Origin: Octopus sinensis
Taxonomy: Eukaryota
Length of the DNA: 64,000 bases
Direction of reading: 5' to 3'
NCBI RefSeq assembly: GCF_006345805.1
Contig: NC_043005.1
Coordinates: 44,702,001 to 44,766,000 of the forward strand
Shown here piece by piece: positions 51,247-63,551 of this stretch. A program made the position numbers and the translations under genes. Numbering within the stretch: the first letter of the stretch is position 1; every line of letters starts with the position of its first letter. Under the pieces are notes generated by a model. It worked only from the letters and a program-made list of their open reading frames with translations, searched no databases and was not told the origin of the DNA.

Positions 51247-51760
51247 CCATAAATCCTCGAGTATAATCCGCATTTTTTCCCCAAAATTTAAGGTCAAAAT
51301 CCCTAGTGCGTACTATATACGAGGTTAAAAATGAAAATTATTTTCTAAGCAATGTCTGAGTCACTATTTGCTGTCCGGCATTGTTTATTCAGACGCATTT
51401 TGTGATGTTGGGCACGAAAATACCTTAAGCTAAGCCTGAAAGCAATGAAGTCATAAAAGAATCATCCATAACTTGCAGTAAGCAACATTTATTAAACGTT
51501 ATTACTGTTATTTCTTTATTTTCTGCAAACAAAATGCACAAAAAAGCTGCATGTTTGCATTATGTTATATGTACAATAATAATAATAAAGGACGTTACCG
51601 TATACATTTTTACAAACCAAGGACGTTATATAGACCTCCCTGACTCAAGTTAGAGAAGGGGTATGTATTATACACAAGGTTTAGGTTTTTCAGAGGTACA
51701 GCCCTGTAAAAATCCCCTGCGTATTATATTCAAGGAAAGACTGTAATCGAGGATTTATGG
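51247..51760. mobile_element. pogo/Tigger-like MITE, 514 bp, TA TSD
   Basis: TIR CCATAAATCCTCGA / TCGAGGATTTATGG flanked by TA; subterminal TRYGTAYTATAYWCRAGG-like repeats at ~51307, 51662, 51718. Confidence 0.75.
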
Positions 51761-52104
51761 TATGTTTTCTTTTTTTGCGCTTTTCTTAGATTTGATGCAG
51801 GACACAAGACACTCCTTCGAGTATAGTGGAGGCATGTAGCTTAGTGGTTAGGGTGTTGGACTCGTGAAAGTTAGATTGTGGTTTTGATTCGTGGACTGGA
51901 CTGGGTGACACGTTGTGTTCTTGAGCAAAACACCTCACTTCACATTACTCCAGTCCACTCAGCTGGCAAAAATGAGTAATCCTGCGATGGACCAGCGTCC
52001 CATCCAGGTGGGGAATATATATGCTGTGGAAAACCAGGAAACCAGTCTGACTCGAGAAGGTAACTTTACTTTTTGTCAGATGTTAAGTGTTGACATGAAT
52101 AACT

Positions 52105-52504
52105 TACTCTTTTACTCATTTACTTGTTTCAGTCATTTGACTGTGGCCATGCTGGAGCACCGCCTTTAGTTGAGCAAATCGACCCCGGGACTTATTCTTT
52201 GTAAGCCCAGTACTTATTCTATCGGTCTCTTTTGCTGAACCGTTAAGTTACAGGGACGTAAACACACCAGCATTGGTTGTCAAGGGGGACAAACACACAC
52301 ACACAAACACACACACATACACACATATACATATATATACATATATACGACAGGCTTCTTTCAGTTTCCGTCTACCAAATCCACTCACAAGGCATTGGTC
52401 AGCCCGGAGCTATAGCAGAAGATACTTGCCCAAGATGCCACACAGTGGGACTGAACCCGGAACCATGTGGTTGGTTAGCAAGCTACTTACCACACAGCCA
52501 CTCC
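52105..52504 (-). mobile_element. tRNA-derived SINE family 1, young full-length copy
   Basis: Same as 34786-35209. Confidence 0.88.
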
Positions 52505-54174
52505 TGCGCCTACTTGATGAAGTTTTACATTAAAAAAAAGAAATTACCACTCATTACCACTCAGATATAAGGCAGCAAGCTGGAGGAATCATTAGCATGC
52601 TGGGCAAAATGCTTAGTGGCATTTCATTCATCTTTATGATTTGAGTTCAAATTCCACTGGAGGTGATTTTGTCTTTCACCCTTCCAGGGTTGATAAAATA
52701 AGTACCAGTTGAGCACTGGAGGTCTATGTAATCAACTTAACCCCTTCCCTGAAATTGCTGGCCTTGTGTCAAAACTTTAAACCAATATGATACCAGAGTT
52801 GTAACACTGTACTTAACAGTCACTTATATGGAAACTGCATAGAATATTGAAAAGCTCATATCATAAACAGAACAACAAAATCAAGGCTGATGAATACTTT
52901 TGATAGGAAAAAAAAAAACTAAAAAAAATCTATTTCACAAAGAAGAAATTGTAGAAATGAGTAATGAAATGAACCTCAGAACCAAAATCAGCTGCAGCAT
53001 TCTATGTTCATAATCAAATATATAAATGTTTAAAATTTTATTTTAAATGATTTTTTAAAAAAAACAGATTAAATATAGTTTTACTGAGTAAGTAATATAG
53101 GCTGCAGCATTTACAAATTGTAGAGACCTATACAAACTATAAAGGTCCCTAAAGTAGATAATTTCTGCAAGAGGAAATTTTCAAATTCAATCAGTCTATA
53201 TTGCTCTTGTAATAACTCATCTCAGAAATACAGATATATTTGTCCACTATTTACTAAATAACTATACATTAATTGTCCACTGTTTGAGATACAATTAGAT
53301 ATTGATTGTCCAAGACATACCAATTCTATCTACGGCACCTACTGCAGCTATACATTCTTTGTTTTTGCACTTTGTTTCAAGAGATATTCAATACCTCACC
53401 ATTTAATAGCATCTGATTGCATGTACTGAAAGATAAAGACTTCTTTTTTTTTTTAAAACAATTGCACACTTTAATTTACAATCAAGGAAATACCAAGAGA
53501 AATTCACTATTAAGTAACAGCTAATAGCTTTGTGCCATGCTACTTATGAAACAACAAGCTGAATTGTTGAAAGGTTTCCAGAATTTTTACAAGTTGTTTC
53601 TTTCAATATCTTTAAATTCACAAGGCATTTTTTTTTACTTTTGCTGTTTCTGCAACTAAGTGCAAACATTCAAAATAATAAAATCTTGCCATAAATTTAA
53701 AACTGAGTTGAGCCATAGATTTGCATTTTCCCAGTGAATTGTTTTTTTTTTAAAACAATTGAAACTTATATTTTAGCACTTATAGCAATTATAGGATTTC
53801 AGTTAAAACTACCAAAGAAATTAAAAAGTAAAACAACAATAAATTATTGGTTTGAACTTCTGAAAGTTTTTTTTTCATTCAGTAAAATTTGTTTTATTTA
53901 TTTCTGCTTAAAGATTACTCAGTCAGGAAATTCTACTTACAAGCATATACAGTCTATTAATGGCAAATATTTAGTTTTTCATAAAAATTTTCCAGTTTTA
54001 TATGTGCGTATATATACATACATGCACACACACACACACACACCACACACACACACACACATGTAAAGCAAATAAACATTGATAATACTGATTAATTTGG
54101 TTTAGAAATCGTTCAGAATTTATAAATTCAATGACAAACTGTAACTTAATTTATCTCTCTCACCTCATTAACAG

Positions 54175-54383
54175 GGCAATTCTTTGATATAAGACAGTTA
54201 TCTATGATAAGGCATGCTTTAGTAAAGCAATTCATAATTCTGGGTGACAAGAATGGATGTTCTTCTGAAAATGAGAGAATAGATTTGCAAGAAATGTATC
54301 AGAGCCTGAAGTTCTCTGAGAACAAATTAACAAAATCCACTGAGTTGAATAATGCTCATGTACTGAATAATGCTCATGTATAG
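54175..54383 (+). CDS. candidate terminal coding exon of unidentified host gene (xQFFDIRQLSMIRHALVKQFIILGDKNGCSSENERIDLQEMYQSLKFSENKLTKSTELNNAHVLNNAHV*)
   Basis: Acceptor TTATCTCTCTCACCTCATTAACAG, ~69 open codons to TAG in AT-rich DNA; AATAAA downstream at ~54701. Confidence 0.55.
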
Positions 54384-54864
54384 ATGACTTGCTGTTAAAC
54401 AGTATATATATTTGTTACTTAGATTAACTCTAGTGTTGAGGTTGAAGCTGGGAATATGTTAAGAGAATGAGAAGAGTACAAGGTTAGTTGAACTGTTGTT
54501 TATTAAACTACTATTGCTTTTTAATGCCAAGGATATATTCTCTCTTTACAAAATAAGTATTGTAGGATGTGAATGTTGTAAGTGGGATTTTATAGATTAT
54601 ATAACAGAAAATAGAGCATGAAATCAAATCAGAGAAATTTCGTAGGTGTCAGAAACCTGGTTTAATGTATATACGAGAGGCAATAGTGATGTTATGGGCA
54701 ATAAATACAAAATGAATGAGGCACATTGAGTGAAAATGTATCATTAAGTAGAACGATAAACTAAAGCTTACAAAATTGAAATCACTAGTAAGAGCTGAGA
54801 TAGAGAAACAGCTGCATCGATATGAGCACCCATATTAAGGACACTACTGTTTCTGTTGTTGTTA

Positions 54865-54903
<39 letters not shown>

Positions 54904-55789
54904 GGTGGTGGTGGTGGTGGTAGTGATGATGGTGACAGTGGTGCTGAAAACAAGCATGACAAAATGTTAGTCATGCTGATACTTATATCCTAAACCAACG
55001 TTTCTCACTTTTATTGTATTATTCAATACAATGAATATGAAATTAAATATAAAAATTTTTTTAATTAAATTTTTGTTTTTAGGAAACTACTTTATCAAGG
55101 AAATAATTCGAAATTAAGTTTGTCAGGTCACAGAAGCAAGTAGTACAGAATGAAAATTAAATCACTGATCCAGAAAATGATATCATGTTAAACAAATGCT
55201 AAGAATACACGTAAAAGTATTTAGATGATGAAAATAATTTCATATTTGCATGGTATTCTTTGGGCAAAGGCCCCAAAAGATAAGCTAAATAATATCATAG
55301 CAGTCTTATCTGAATAGACTTTAATGAGAAAAATTTACGACAATATGGTATGTCTGAGTTTTGGAAATAATTAAAGTTATTCTGATACCAAATTAGATAC
55401 CAGAACTATTATATATCCTATTCATACATGAAGATATAATATAACGAATATATCCAATCTTAGATTATATTTATTTTCAGATGTCTTTAGTGTGTAGATA
55501 TTGGCATAAGTAAACAGATGTGAACCTGTGCTTAGATCATTTTACATGCTGGAAATTTATGTATGTGTGTACACATGCATACACACATGCACATACATGC
55601 ACATACACACACGCATGCATGCACACATACACATACATGTACATATGCATGCTCACATTTCTGACTCAGGATATGAAATGCATCTGATCCAGCTCTTTAC
55701 TAACTGTGTCATTCTCCATGTTCTAAATTCAATTGCTACACTATCACCACCAGCACCAGTATCACCACCACCACCACCATCACCACCAC

Positions 55790-56220
55790 CACCATCATCA
55801 TCACCATCCTTTAATGCTTGTTTTCCATGCTGGGATAGGCTAGATGGTTTGACCAGAGTCAGCAAGCAGGAGAGCTTCACCAGGTTCCAGTCTGATTTGG
55901 CTTGGTTTCATAGTTGGATGCCTTTCCTAATGCCAACCACTTCACAGTCTGTGTTGGGTACTTTTAATATGGCATTGGCATGAGTACTTTTATGTGGCAT
56001 CGGCATGAATGCTTTTTATGTGGCACCAGCACAGAACTTTTGCCAGTCAATCCTCTTCATCAGGAGAAGTGGCATTAACACTTCTGTTGTGGCAGACGAG
56101 TCTTTTTGAGGACAAAATACCTCGGTCCTTTGTCAGCTCCTCAGTAAGATTCAGTGTTCTGAGATCATCCCTCACTACTTTGTCTCATGTCTACTTGGGT
56201 CTCCCTCATACAAAAGTTAT
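55790..56220 (-). mobile_element. RTE 3' fragment
   Basis: Tail family match plus GRPK*TWDKVVRDDL-like C-terminal remnant at ~56150-56210. Confidence 0.65.
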
Positions 56221-56472
56221 CATCCATCCATCCACACACATACACACTTGAAGGTACATGGCCTAGTGGTTTGGCTGTTGCATTCACGATTGCTAGATAG
56301 TGGGTTTGATTCCCTGATTGGGTGGCACTTCGTGTTCTTGAGCAAAACATCAATTCACATTGTTTCAGTCCCACTTTTGGTCAGGGGGAAAATGTTGGCC
56401 TATAGTGATACCCCTATACCCACAGTGTATACATACACAGGTTGATTTGTTAGTAGACTGTTATGTAGGCAA

Positions 56473-56531
<59 letters not shown>

Positions 56532-57263
56532 AGTAGGTAAAATGGATATGTAGGTAAACAGATAGTAGATAGGTAATACGGACAGACAAGTACTCTCTCA
56601 CGCACACACACACACACACACACAAAACACAAACATGCACACACAAACACATGAATATGCAAAATACATACATATAAACATACATACATGCATACATATA
56701 TATACATACATACACACACATATATACATACATACATACATGCATACATACATATGTGTATACACATGATGCTGATGCACACAAACAAACAAACAAACAA
56801 AAAGAATGCAGCTCCAGTAATGGACAGAGTCAACAACAATTGAAGAAGTTGTAAGAAGCAACGAAAATTTTAGAAAAAGTAATTAAGTAAATGAGTGGAA
56901 ATCGAACTGGTGTGTGTGTTAATTAATAAGGTATTAAAACACAATGACTCTCCCCAGACACAACAAAATATGCTTCAGCACACTAATTCACATTGAGTAT
57001 CTTGCAAACCAAATACAAAAACGATGTATCATCATCATCATCATCATCATCATCATCGTGCTGTATGAACATTTAATGTGGTTTTAGAGTTAGGTTTTGG
57101 CTGCTATTTTCAGCATGGTGGTATCTTGTAGATACTCAAAATTATAATTTTAATAATAATTATTACCTTTGAAGGTTTTTATTTCCATGCTGGCCACTTG
57201 ATAAGATCATTATATAATTTAAATTAATGATCTTATCCTTATATATATATATATATATGTATA

Positions 57264-58910
57264 TTAATAGTAATGGTATGACAACAAAAGAATGAATGAA
57301 ACCTCAATATATAAATAGAGGAATTTATCTGTAATATAATAAGTGACAATTATTTGGTTGTCATAATAAAACACTGAGACAGTGGATTTAGTGAGGAAAT
57401 AACCTATACACCTGCCACCAGTCCAATAATAAAGAAAGGGAAACATAGGAATAGGAAAACTATCTGGTTCACACCACCTTACTCCCCTGAAGTGACCTTT
57501 AATATAGGTAAATATTTCTTAGCACTTATAGATAAACATTTTCCAATCAATCATAGTAACAGAACGTTCTTCAATAAACATAACTTAAAAATCAGTTCTA
57601 GCTCAACTACTGATTTTAAAACTATAATCGCACACAACACACAAAAACAACAAAATGAAACCAGCTGTTCGCGCAGGGATAAAAATTTATGCCCGCTAAA
57701 TGGAGCTTGCATGTCTGAGACCATCATTTATGAAGCCACCGTAGACTCTACAACCACTAAGGACATAGTTTCATCAAAGATATATGTGGGTCTCACAGAA
57801 GGGAATTTTAAAGCCAGGTTCAACAATCACATCTTGAGCTTCAGACATTGGGATAAAAGAAAAACAACCAAATTATCCAGTCATATATGGTACTTAAAAG
57901 AAAAAGGTGTCAATTACAACATCCATTGGAAGATCTTAACCAAGTGTAACCAACGACAGTGGAAAGTGTGGTCTTTGTGAGATCTAAAGGTGGCTCATCT
58001 GGAAAAGCAGCTTAGACCCTGCTACATGTCTAAATCCAAGAACTGAACATTTTGGATCATGTCCGCATATGGCTAAATATTTGTTACGTTTTTGGTCCCC
58101 CCAAGATCACAGATAGAGCCTGTTTTTTATATTGTGTCCACGTATAAGCATTTTATCTCTCTATATTTTTTATATATATTTTTATATATTTTTATTGTTT
58201 TATATATTTTTACATATTTTTTCTGTATTTTACCTTTCACCCTGCATTTTTCGTGTGCATGTGCGTATATAGACATGTATATGAACATATTTGTGCATGT
58301 ATGGCTATATATACATGTGTGTATGGGTATGCATATGCGTACATGTGTATGGTTGCATATATATGTGGGTGTACATGCATGTGTTTCATGTGACTGTGAG
58401 TCACCATTGGCATATATAGCATGTGTGTATTTAGATGTGTATATGAATATAATTATGCACATATGAATATGTGTGTGTGTGTGCATGTGTGCAGATATGT
58501 ATATGTGTACATGTGTATGGTTGCATATATATGTGCACATATAGGCATGTATGTGTTTCACGTGAGTGTGAGTGAGCATATGCATATAAGCACATGTACA
58601 TGGGTGTGTGTGCATGCATGTGTATCTATGTACATGCACACATACGCGAACTCTATGAGCATTTTTACTTTTTTACTTTCTCCCCTTTGGGTTTCTTTTT
58701 CCTTTATTTAACAGTCATTCAAATAGCTCTTTTGTTTGTCTTAATAATGGTCATTTACATAGTAATTTCTCTTTGTTTAACGGTCATTTTCATAGCAGTT
58801 TTTGATTGTCTTAATAACTGATGAGATACCAGAGCAGATTTCTGCCCCAACATCTGAAACTCAGAGTTTTATTATGACAACCGAGTAATTGTCACATATT
58901 ATATTACAGA
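57264..58910 (+). mobile_element. 5' truncated Penelope-like element: GIY-YIG endonuclease ORF remnant, 3' hammerhead and inverted terminal tail at the 5' junction
   Basis: WFTPPYSPEVTFNIGKYFLALIDKHFP...CPLNGACMSETIIYEATV...IYVGLTEGNFKARFNNHILSFRH...TKLSSHIWYLK; 57328-57378 is an inverted copy of 58860-58910. Confidence 0.88.
58808..58878 (+). ncRNA. type I hammerhead motif I in the Penelope 3' terminal repeat
   Basis: GTCTTAATAA-CTGATGA-G..GCAG-ATTT-CTGC..T-GAAAC-TCAGA-GTT-TTATTATGAC; stem I 9/10, palindromic stem III, stem II base imperfect. Confidence 0.7.
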
Positions 58911-58914
58911 TATA

Positions 58915-59180
58915 TATCATCATCATCATCATCATCATCATCATCGTTTAATGTCCACTTTCCATGCTAGCATGAGTTGAACGATTTGATTGAGGACTAG
59001 CGAACCAGATGGCTGCACCAGGCTCCAATCTGATCTGGCAGAGTTTCTACAGCTGGATGCTTTTCTTAGTACCAACCACTCTGAGGGTGTAATGGATGCT
59101 TTTACATGCCACTGGCACAAGGGCCAGTCAGGTGGTACTGGCAACAGCCACGCTCAAATGGAACTTTTTACGTGCCACAT
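58915..59180 (-). mobile_element. RTE 3' UTR fragment
   Basis: (CAT)n-CGTTTAATGTCCACTTTCCATGC family match. Confidence 0.75.
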
Positions 59181-59183
59181 GCA

Positions 59184-60043
59184 CAACGAGATAGTATCAA
59201 AATGTTCCCTGATTAGTTATGTAGTGTGTCAACGGTTGCATGTGCAGTGAGAGCCAACAGTCACCTTTGTGAGATAGTGTGCTGAGTGACATTGTTGTGT
59301 TTATTTTGCATGTTGCGAAATTTGTATTTTTGTGACCACATGTATCCTGTAGTGTGATTTTGTCATGGACAGGAACAGAGAGCCAACGTGAAATTTTGTG
59401 TTAAACTTAGGAAGTCTGCTACAGAGATACGTTGAGCATATGTTGGCAAGCTTATAGTGACGAAGCAATGGGTTGTACATAATGTTTCAAGTGGCACAGG
59501 CACTTCAAACGTGGAAGAATGTCCTTTGAAGGCGATGAACTATCTGGAAGACCTGCTATGTGCATCACCTCCAGATATATGGTATTATGTATTGAGAATT
59601 CGTCCCCCAAAGCCAATTGAGAGTTCCACTGCAACGTTTTGAAGCATTTGAGGGAGAACATTCAGCAAAAGGGAACAGACCTGGGGAGCTTAAAGAGTTA
59701 GATCCTTCATGATGATAATGCCCCCTGTCATCGACCACCTCTCCTCGCTCATGAGTTTCACACCTAAACCGATATGGTATCACTTCTGCACCCACCCTAT
59801 TTACCAGATTTAGCACCTGTGAACTGCCACCTCTTCCCTAAGATGAAAAGGCAGCTCAAAAGTCACTGTTTTAATTTTGTTGTTGAGATCCAGTGTGAAT
59901 CACAGATGACCCTCAACTTGCTTACAGAAAACAGATTCCATATGGAATGGTACTACTACTGGTGGCACTGCTGATGGTAATGGAAGTATTTTTAAAAAGT
60001 ACTTGCATCAATCTCATTATTTTCTTTGGTAAGCCCCTTCGGA
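59184..60043 (+). mobile_element. mariner with internal deletion, decayed (ends approximate)
   Basis: EQRANVKFCVKLRKSATET, HDNAP and LHPPYLPDLAPVNCHLFPKMKRQLK motifs. Confidence 0.8.
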
Positions 60044-62237
60044 GTGAGGAACATTTTAATGATTTTTGTATCCTATAATGTTAATCTCCACCTGAAACAT
60101 GATATATTTTTTATTGTTTATGGTAATTTAAAATACCATTGGTACTTGCTGAAATGACTTGTCACCTCAAATCCTAGTGATCCTAAATAAACCCAGTCTT
60201 CCAAGTCTTACAAATGTAATTGTTGTACAAATAAACAGCACTTTGAAATGACTGTTAGATTGGCAAGTAGAATATTAAAGGTACCCTGTAATTATTTCAT
60301 CATTATTAATAGTAGCAGTCATAGCTACAGTGGTGTGGAGAAACAAGACTGTTATTCATTGTTAAACAAGTTTTTGAGTATCTTAGTACACATCAGTGTG
60401 AATAGAACCCAGTTCAAACTTTGATGCAGTTTTCAATCAAATAACAACTAAAATTCAGATACAATGAGTATTAAAATCATTTTACTTGCTTTGAACTCTA
60501 GGCCACCTGTTTTGTTTTAATTTCCTCCTAAAAATATAATCTACTCTCTCAGATTCAATTCCTTGTGTTAACATCATATAAAACTGCCATAACATTTTAT
60601 TTTCAAACTAAACATATTCGCACGGACAGAACAAAAATATACTGAGAATGTTGCCCTATCTCTATTTTTCTCAGTTATGACATGATACATATTTTTATAA
60701 CAGGTTATAAATTTCTCTGTGGCCAACATAATTGACTACAAGCTGAAAAAGTCAAAATGTATAGTCAATCATTTTTATATGCTCCTGTGACCAAAGTTAA
60801 GGACCTAAAATGTTTTTTTTTTTTTTTTTTAATATATTGGAAAGAAAAGTTTCACTAGCACTAATAGTATTATGACAAAATATATAAATCATGATTGTAG
60901 TTTCATTTTTATATTTACTACACATCACAAATATCTTTTGATAGATTTAGTAGGAATAAGAAACTTATGAACAAACACACAAAACAAACAAAAAAAATGG
61001 AGAAAAAATATTTATTTGCATTTGCATTTATTTATAATACTGCAGTTTATACATTTATCTATGGCTGCAGGCTGTCAAAGGGTTGCAATGGTTCTGTTTC
61101 ACAGAGCTTATGAATTCTTTTTTTAGGTTTTTCAAGTTTTTCACATGAGTAGTTTAGCTCTGATCTATTTCCCTCTGATGCTAGTCGACAGCTCAATTAC
61201 ATTAGAAATCACAAGACTTGATGAACTTTTATGTTTGTAAGGCTTCACTTTATTAGTAATTGTAAGTCAGAGGCTCAACACTTGACTCACTAGTTCAATG
61301 GAATGTGTTTCACTAGTCTGGTTACAAACAGAATACATATCAAAGAAATTTAGAGATTTCTTCCTTTTTTACAATATTTTTATTACCTGCTAAATTTCAT
61401 TGTCTTTCTGCACACGTACAATCTTTTCTGAACTGCTCTATACATGCATTACCTACATTTTTTTTATTTCTATAATTCACTTATGGTTAAATGTCAAAAA
61501 AATTATGTTCCTTTATCAAATATTTCCAAGAATTGCAATTTTTATTTTATCAATATATTACTATTAAAATTGATATTTTCCACATCAGAATTTATTTTAG
61601 AAATGTTATTTTACAGATTCAAAAGTTTAAATTGATAATTCAGGAATTCAATTTCTGGATGTTCCACTCACCTTAAGAGATTAAACTTCTAAATGATGTC
61701 CCACTTAAAAAGAAATGGCTGTATATGAGAAACATTAGAATATTCCAAATATAAATTTAAGAATCAATTTAATTTAGCATGTTAGGATTTCAATATGAGT
61801 AGCAGGGCAAAGGCTTCACCCATTTTAAACAATAACTTTAATTTCCATGATAGAGCTAGTTACTGAGGAAGAACGGGGATTACAAAAGTAATATAGTTTA
61901 AAAATACCAGTTATAGAAGTACCAGTTATAAATCAAAAATATGAATCCATTGTTTAGAATGATTTTCAGTACTTTAAGAATATGTCATGGATTAGTTTAT
62001 AAAAAATTTATCACATAACTGAAAAAGTGTTTTCAAAGACTTTTTAAAAATGATATGGCCATATTAGCAAGGAAGGTTCTGGTTGAACTGATTCAAACAT
62101 ACACAAAATTAATCTGACCTTTAAGTTTCATTATTAAGATCTACGAATAATGTACCTTGGCAAGCTATAGGATAAGAATGTTGGTGTACTTACATCAGGG
62201 AGATGGAGAGTTGTCTGTCCACATCAATACCAATTTT

Positions 62238-62450
62238 TTACCTTTCACTTGTTTCAGTCACTAGACTGCGGCCATGCTGGCACACTATCTTGAAGAACTA
62301 TTAGCTGAATGAATCAACTCCAGTACTTATTTTCTTGTTACGTCTGGTACTTATTCTATCAGTTGCTTTTACTGAACTGCCAAGTTACAAGGACATAAAC
62401 ACACCAACGCTAGTTGTCAAGCAGTGATGAGGGACAAACACAGATACAAA
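62238..62450 (-). mobile_element. SINE family 1, 3' half
   Basis: TTCACTTGTTTCAGTCACTAGACTGCGGCCATGCTGG tail match. Confidence 0.7.
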
Positions 62451-62830
62451 GACATGCACACATGCGCACTCACATGTGCATACATCTGCATGTATCATTG
62501 CCCTTGCATGCATGGGTGCATGTGCCTTACATGCATGCATATATTTGCACATGCCCACATGCATACATATACGCATATACTCTGGATCTCACTCATAAGG
62601 TATTGGAATCTTACATTGTGTATAAACTCTATACTTGGAATGACCCATTTTAAATTCTGTTGGACTTTACTTATAAGGTACTGGAACATTACATATATAC
62701 GATTCTGCCTAAAAATTGGATATACAACTTCAATATTCCTACATATCTCACTTCTATTTTCTTTCCTCCACCTCACTCTCTATTTTGTATCCTATCTAAA
62801 TTAATTATTACTTAACCATCCTCTCACACC

Positions 62831-62882
62831 GTCTCCGATGAAGGGATATAATTAATAAATATCCTGGAAACAGCTGTAAGAT
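62831..62882 (+). ncRNA. type I hammerhead motif J (U4 to C variant)
   Basis: GTCT-CCGATGA-A-GGGATAT-9 nt-ATATCCT-G-GAAAC-AGCT-GTA-AGAT; palindromic ACAGCTGT stem III, stem I 4 bp. Confidence 0.55.
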
Positions 62883-63302
62883 CTATCTATAAATGTTCTA
62901 ATATCTACATAGTTTTGGTTTTTTTTATCTCATTACACAAAAAATTCTTATATATATATATATAATTATAATAATAATAATATAATAATAATAATATGCG
63001 GGAATATTATTCCAAACTTACAGGGAAAAATTCAATTTAGAAATACTAAATCAAATTTCACAAAATATAATATATATATATTTATATATATAATAAAATA
63101 TTAGGGAATAAATCCAAACTTACAGGGAAAAATCAGATTTAGGATTAAATCCAATTTTATAGTAAAATATATTATATTATATTATATTAAATTAGAGATA
63201 AAACCACCATTAGGCAAATCAAACAATGAAAAACATAAGCCAATACATAAAATTAATTAATTTATATTATTTTAAGTATATATCAAAAGTATTAAAAGTT
63301 TA

Positions 63303-63347
<45 letters not shown>

Positions 63348-63476
63348 GAAAAAACACCTTTTATCAATTCAATAATGAAAAAATTAAATTATACTACTTA
63401 GAAAAATTACATTTTATAGAAAGATTAAATATAAATATTTATATTTATTTATAAATTTATATATTTTCTAATTCAT

Positions 63477-63512
<36 letters not shown>

Positions 63513-63513
63513 G

Positions 63514-63551
<38 letters not shown>

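Noticed and set aside
53400-53425. 26 nt minus-strand microexon with good splice sites (and a 42 nt candidate at 60487-60528)
   Set aside because: Too short to support alone, and antisense to better-supported + strand exons; keep only if spliced reads appear
61060-61460. Coding-like purine-rich minus-strand stretch
   Set aside because: Stops in all three frames and no consistent splice sites
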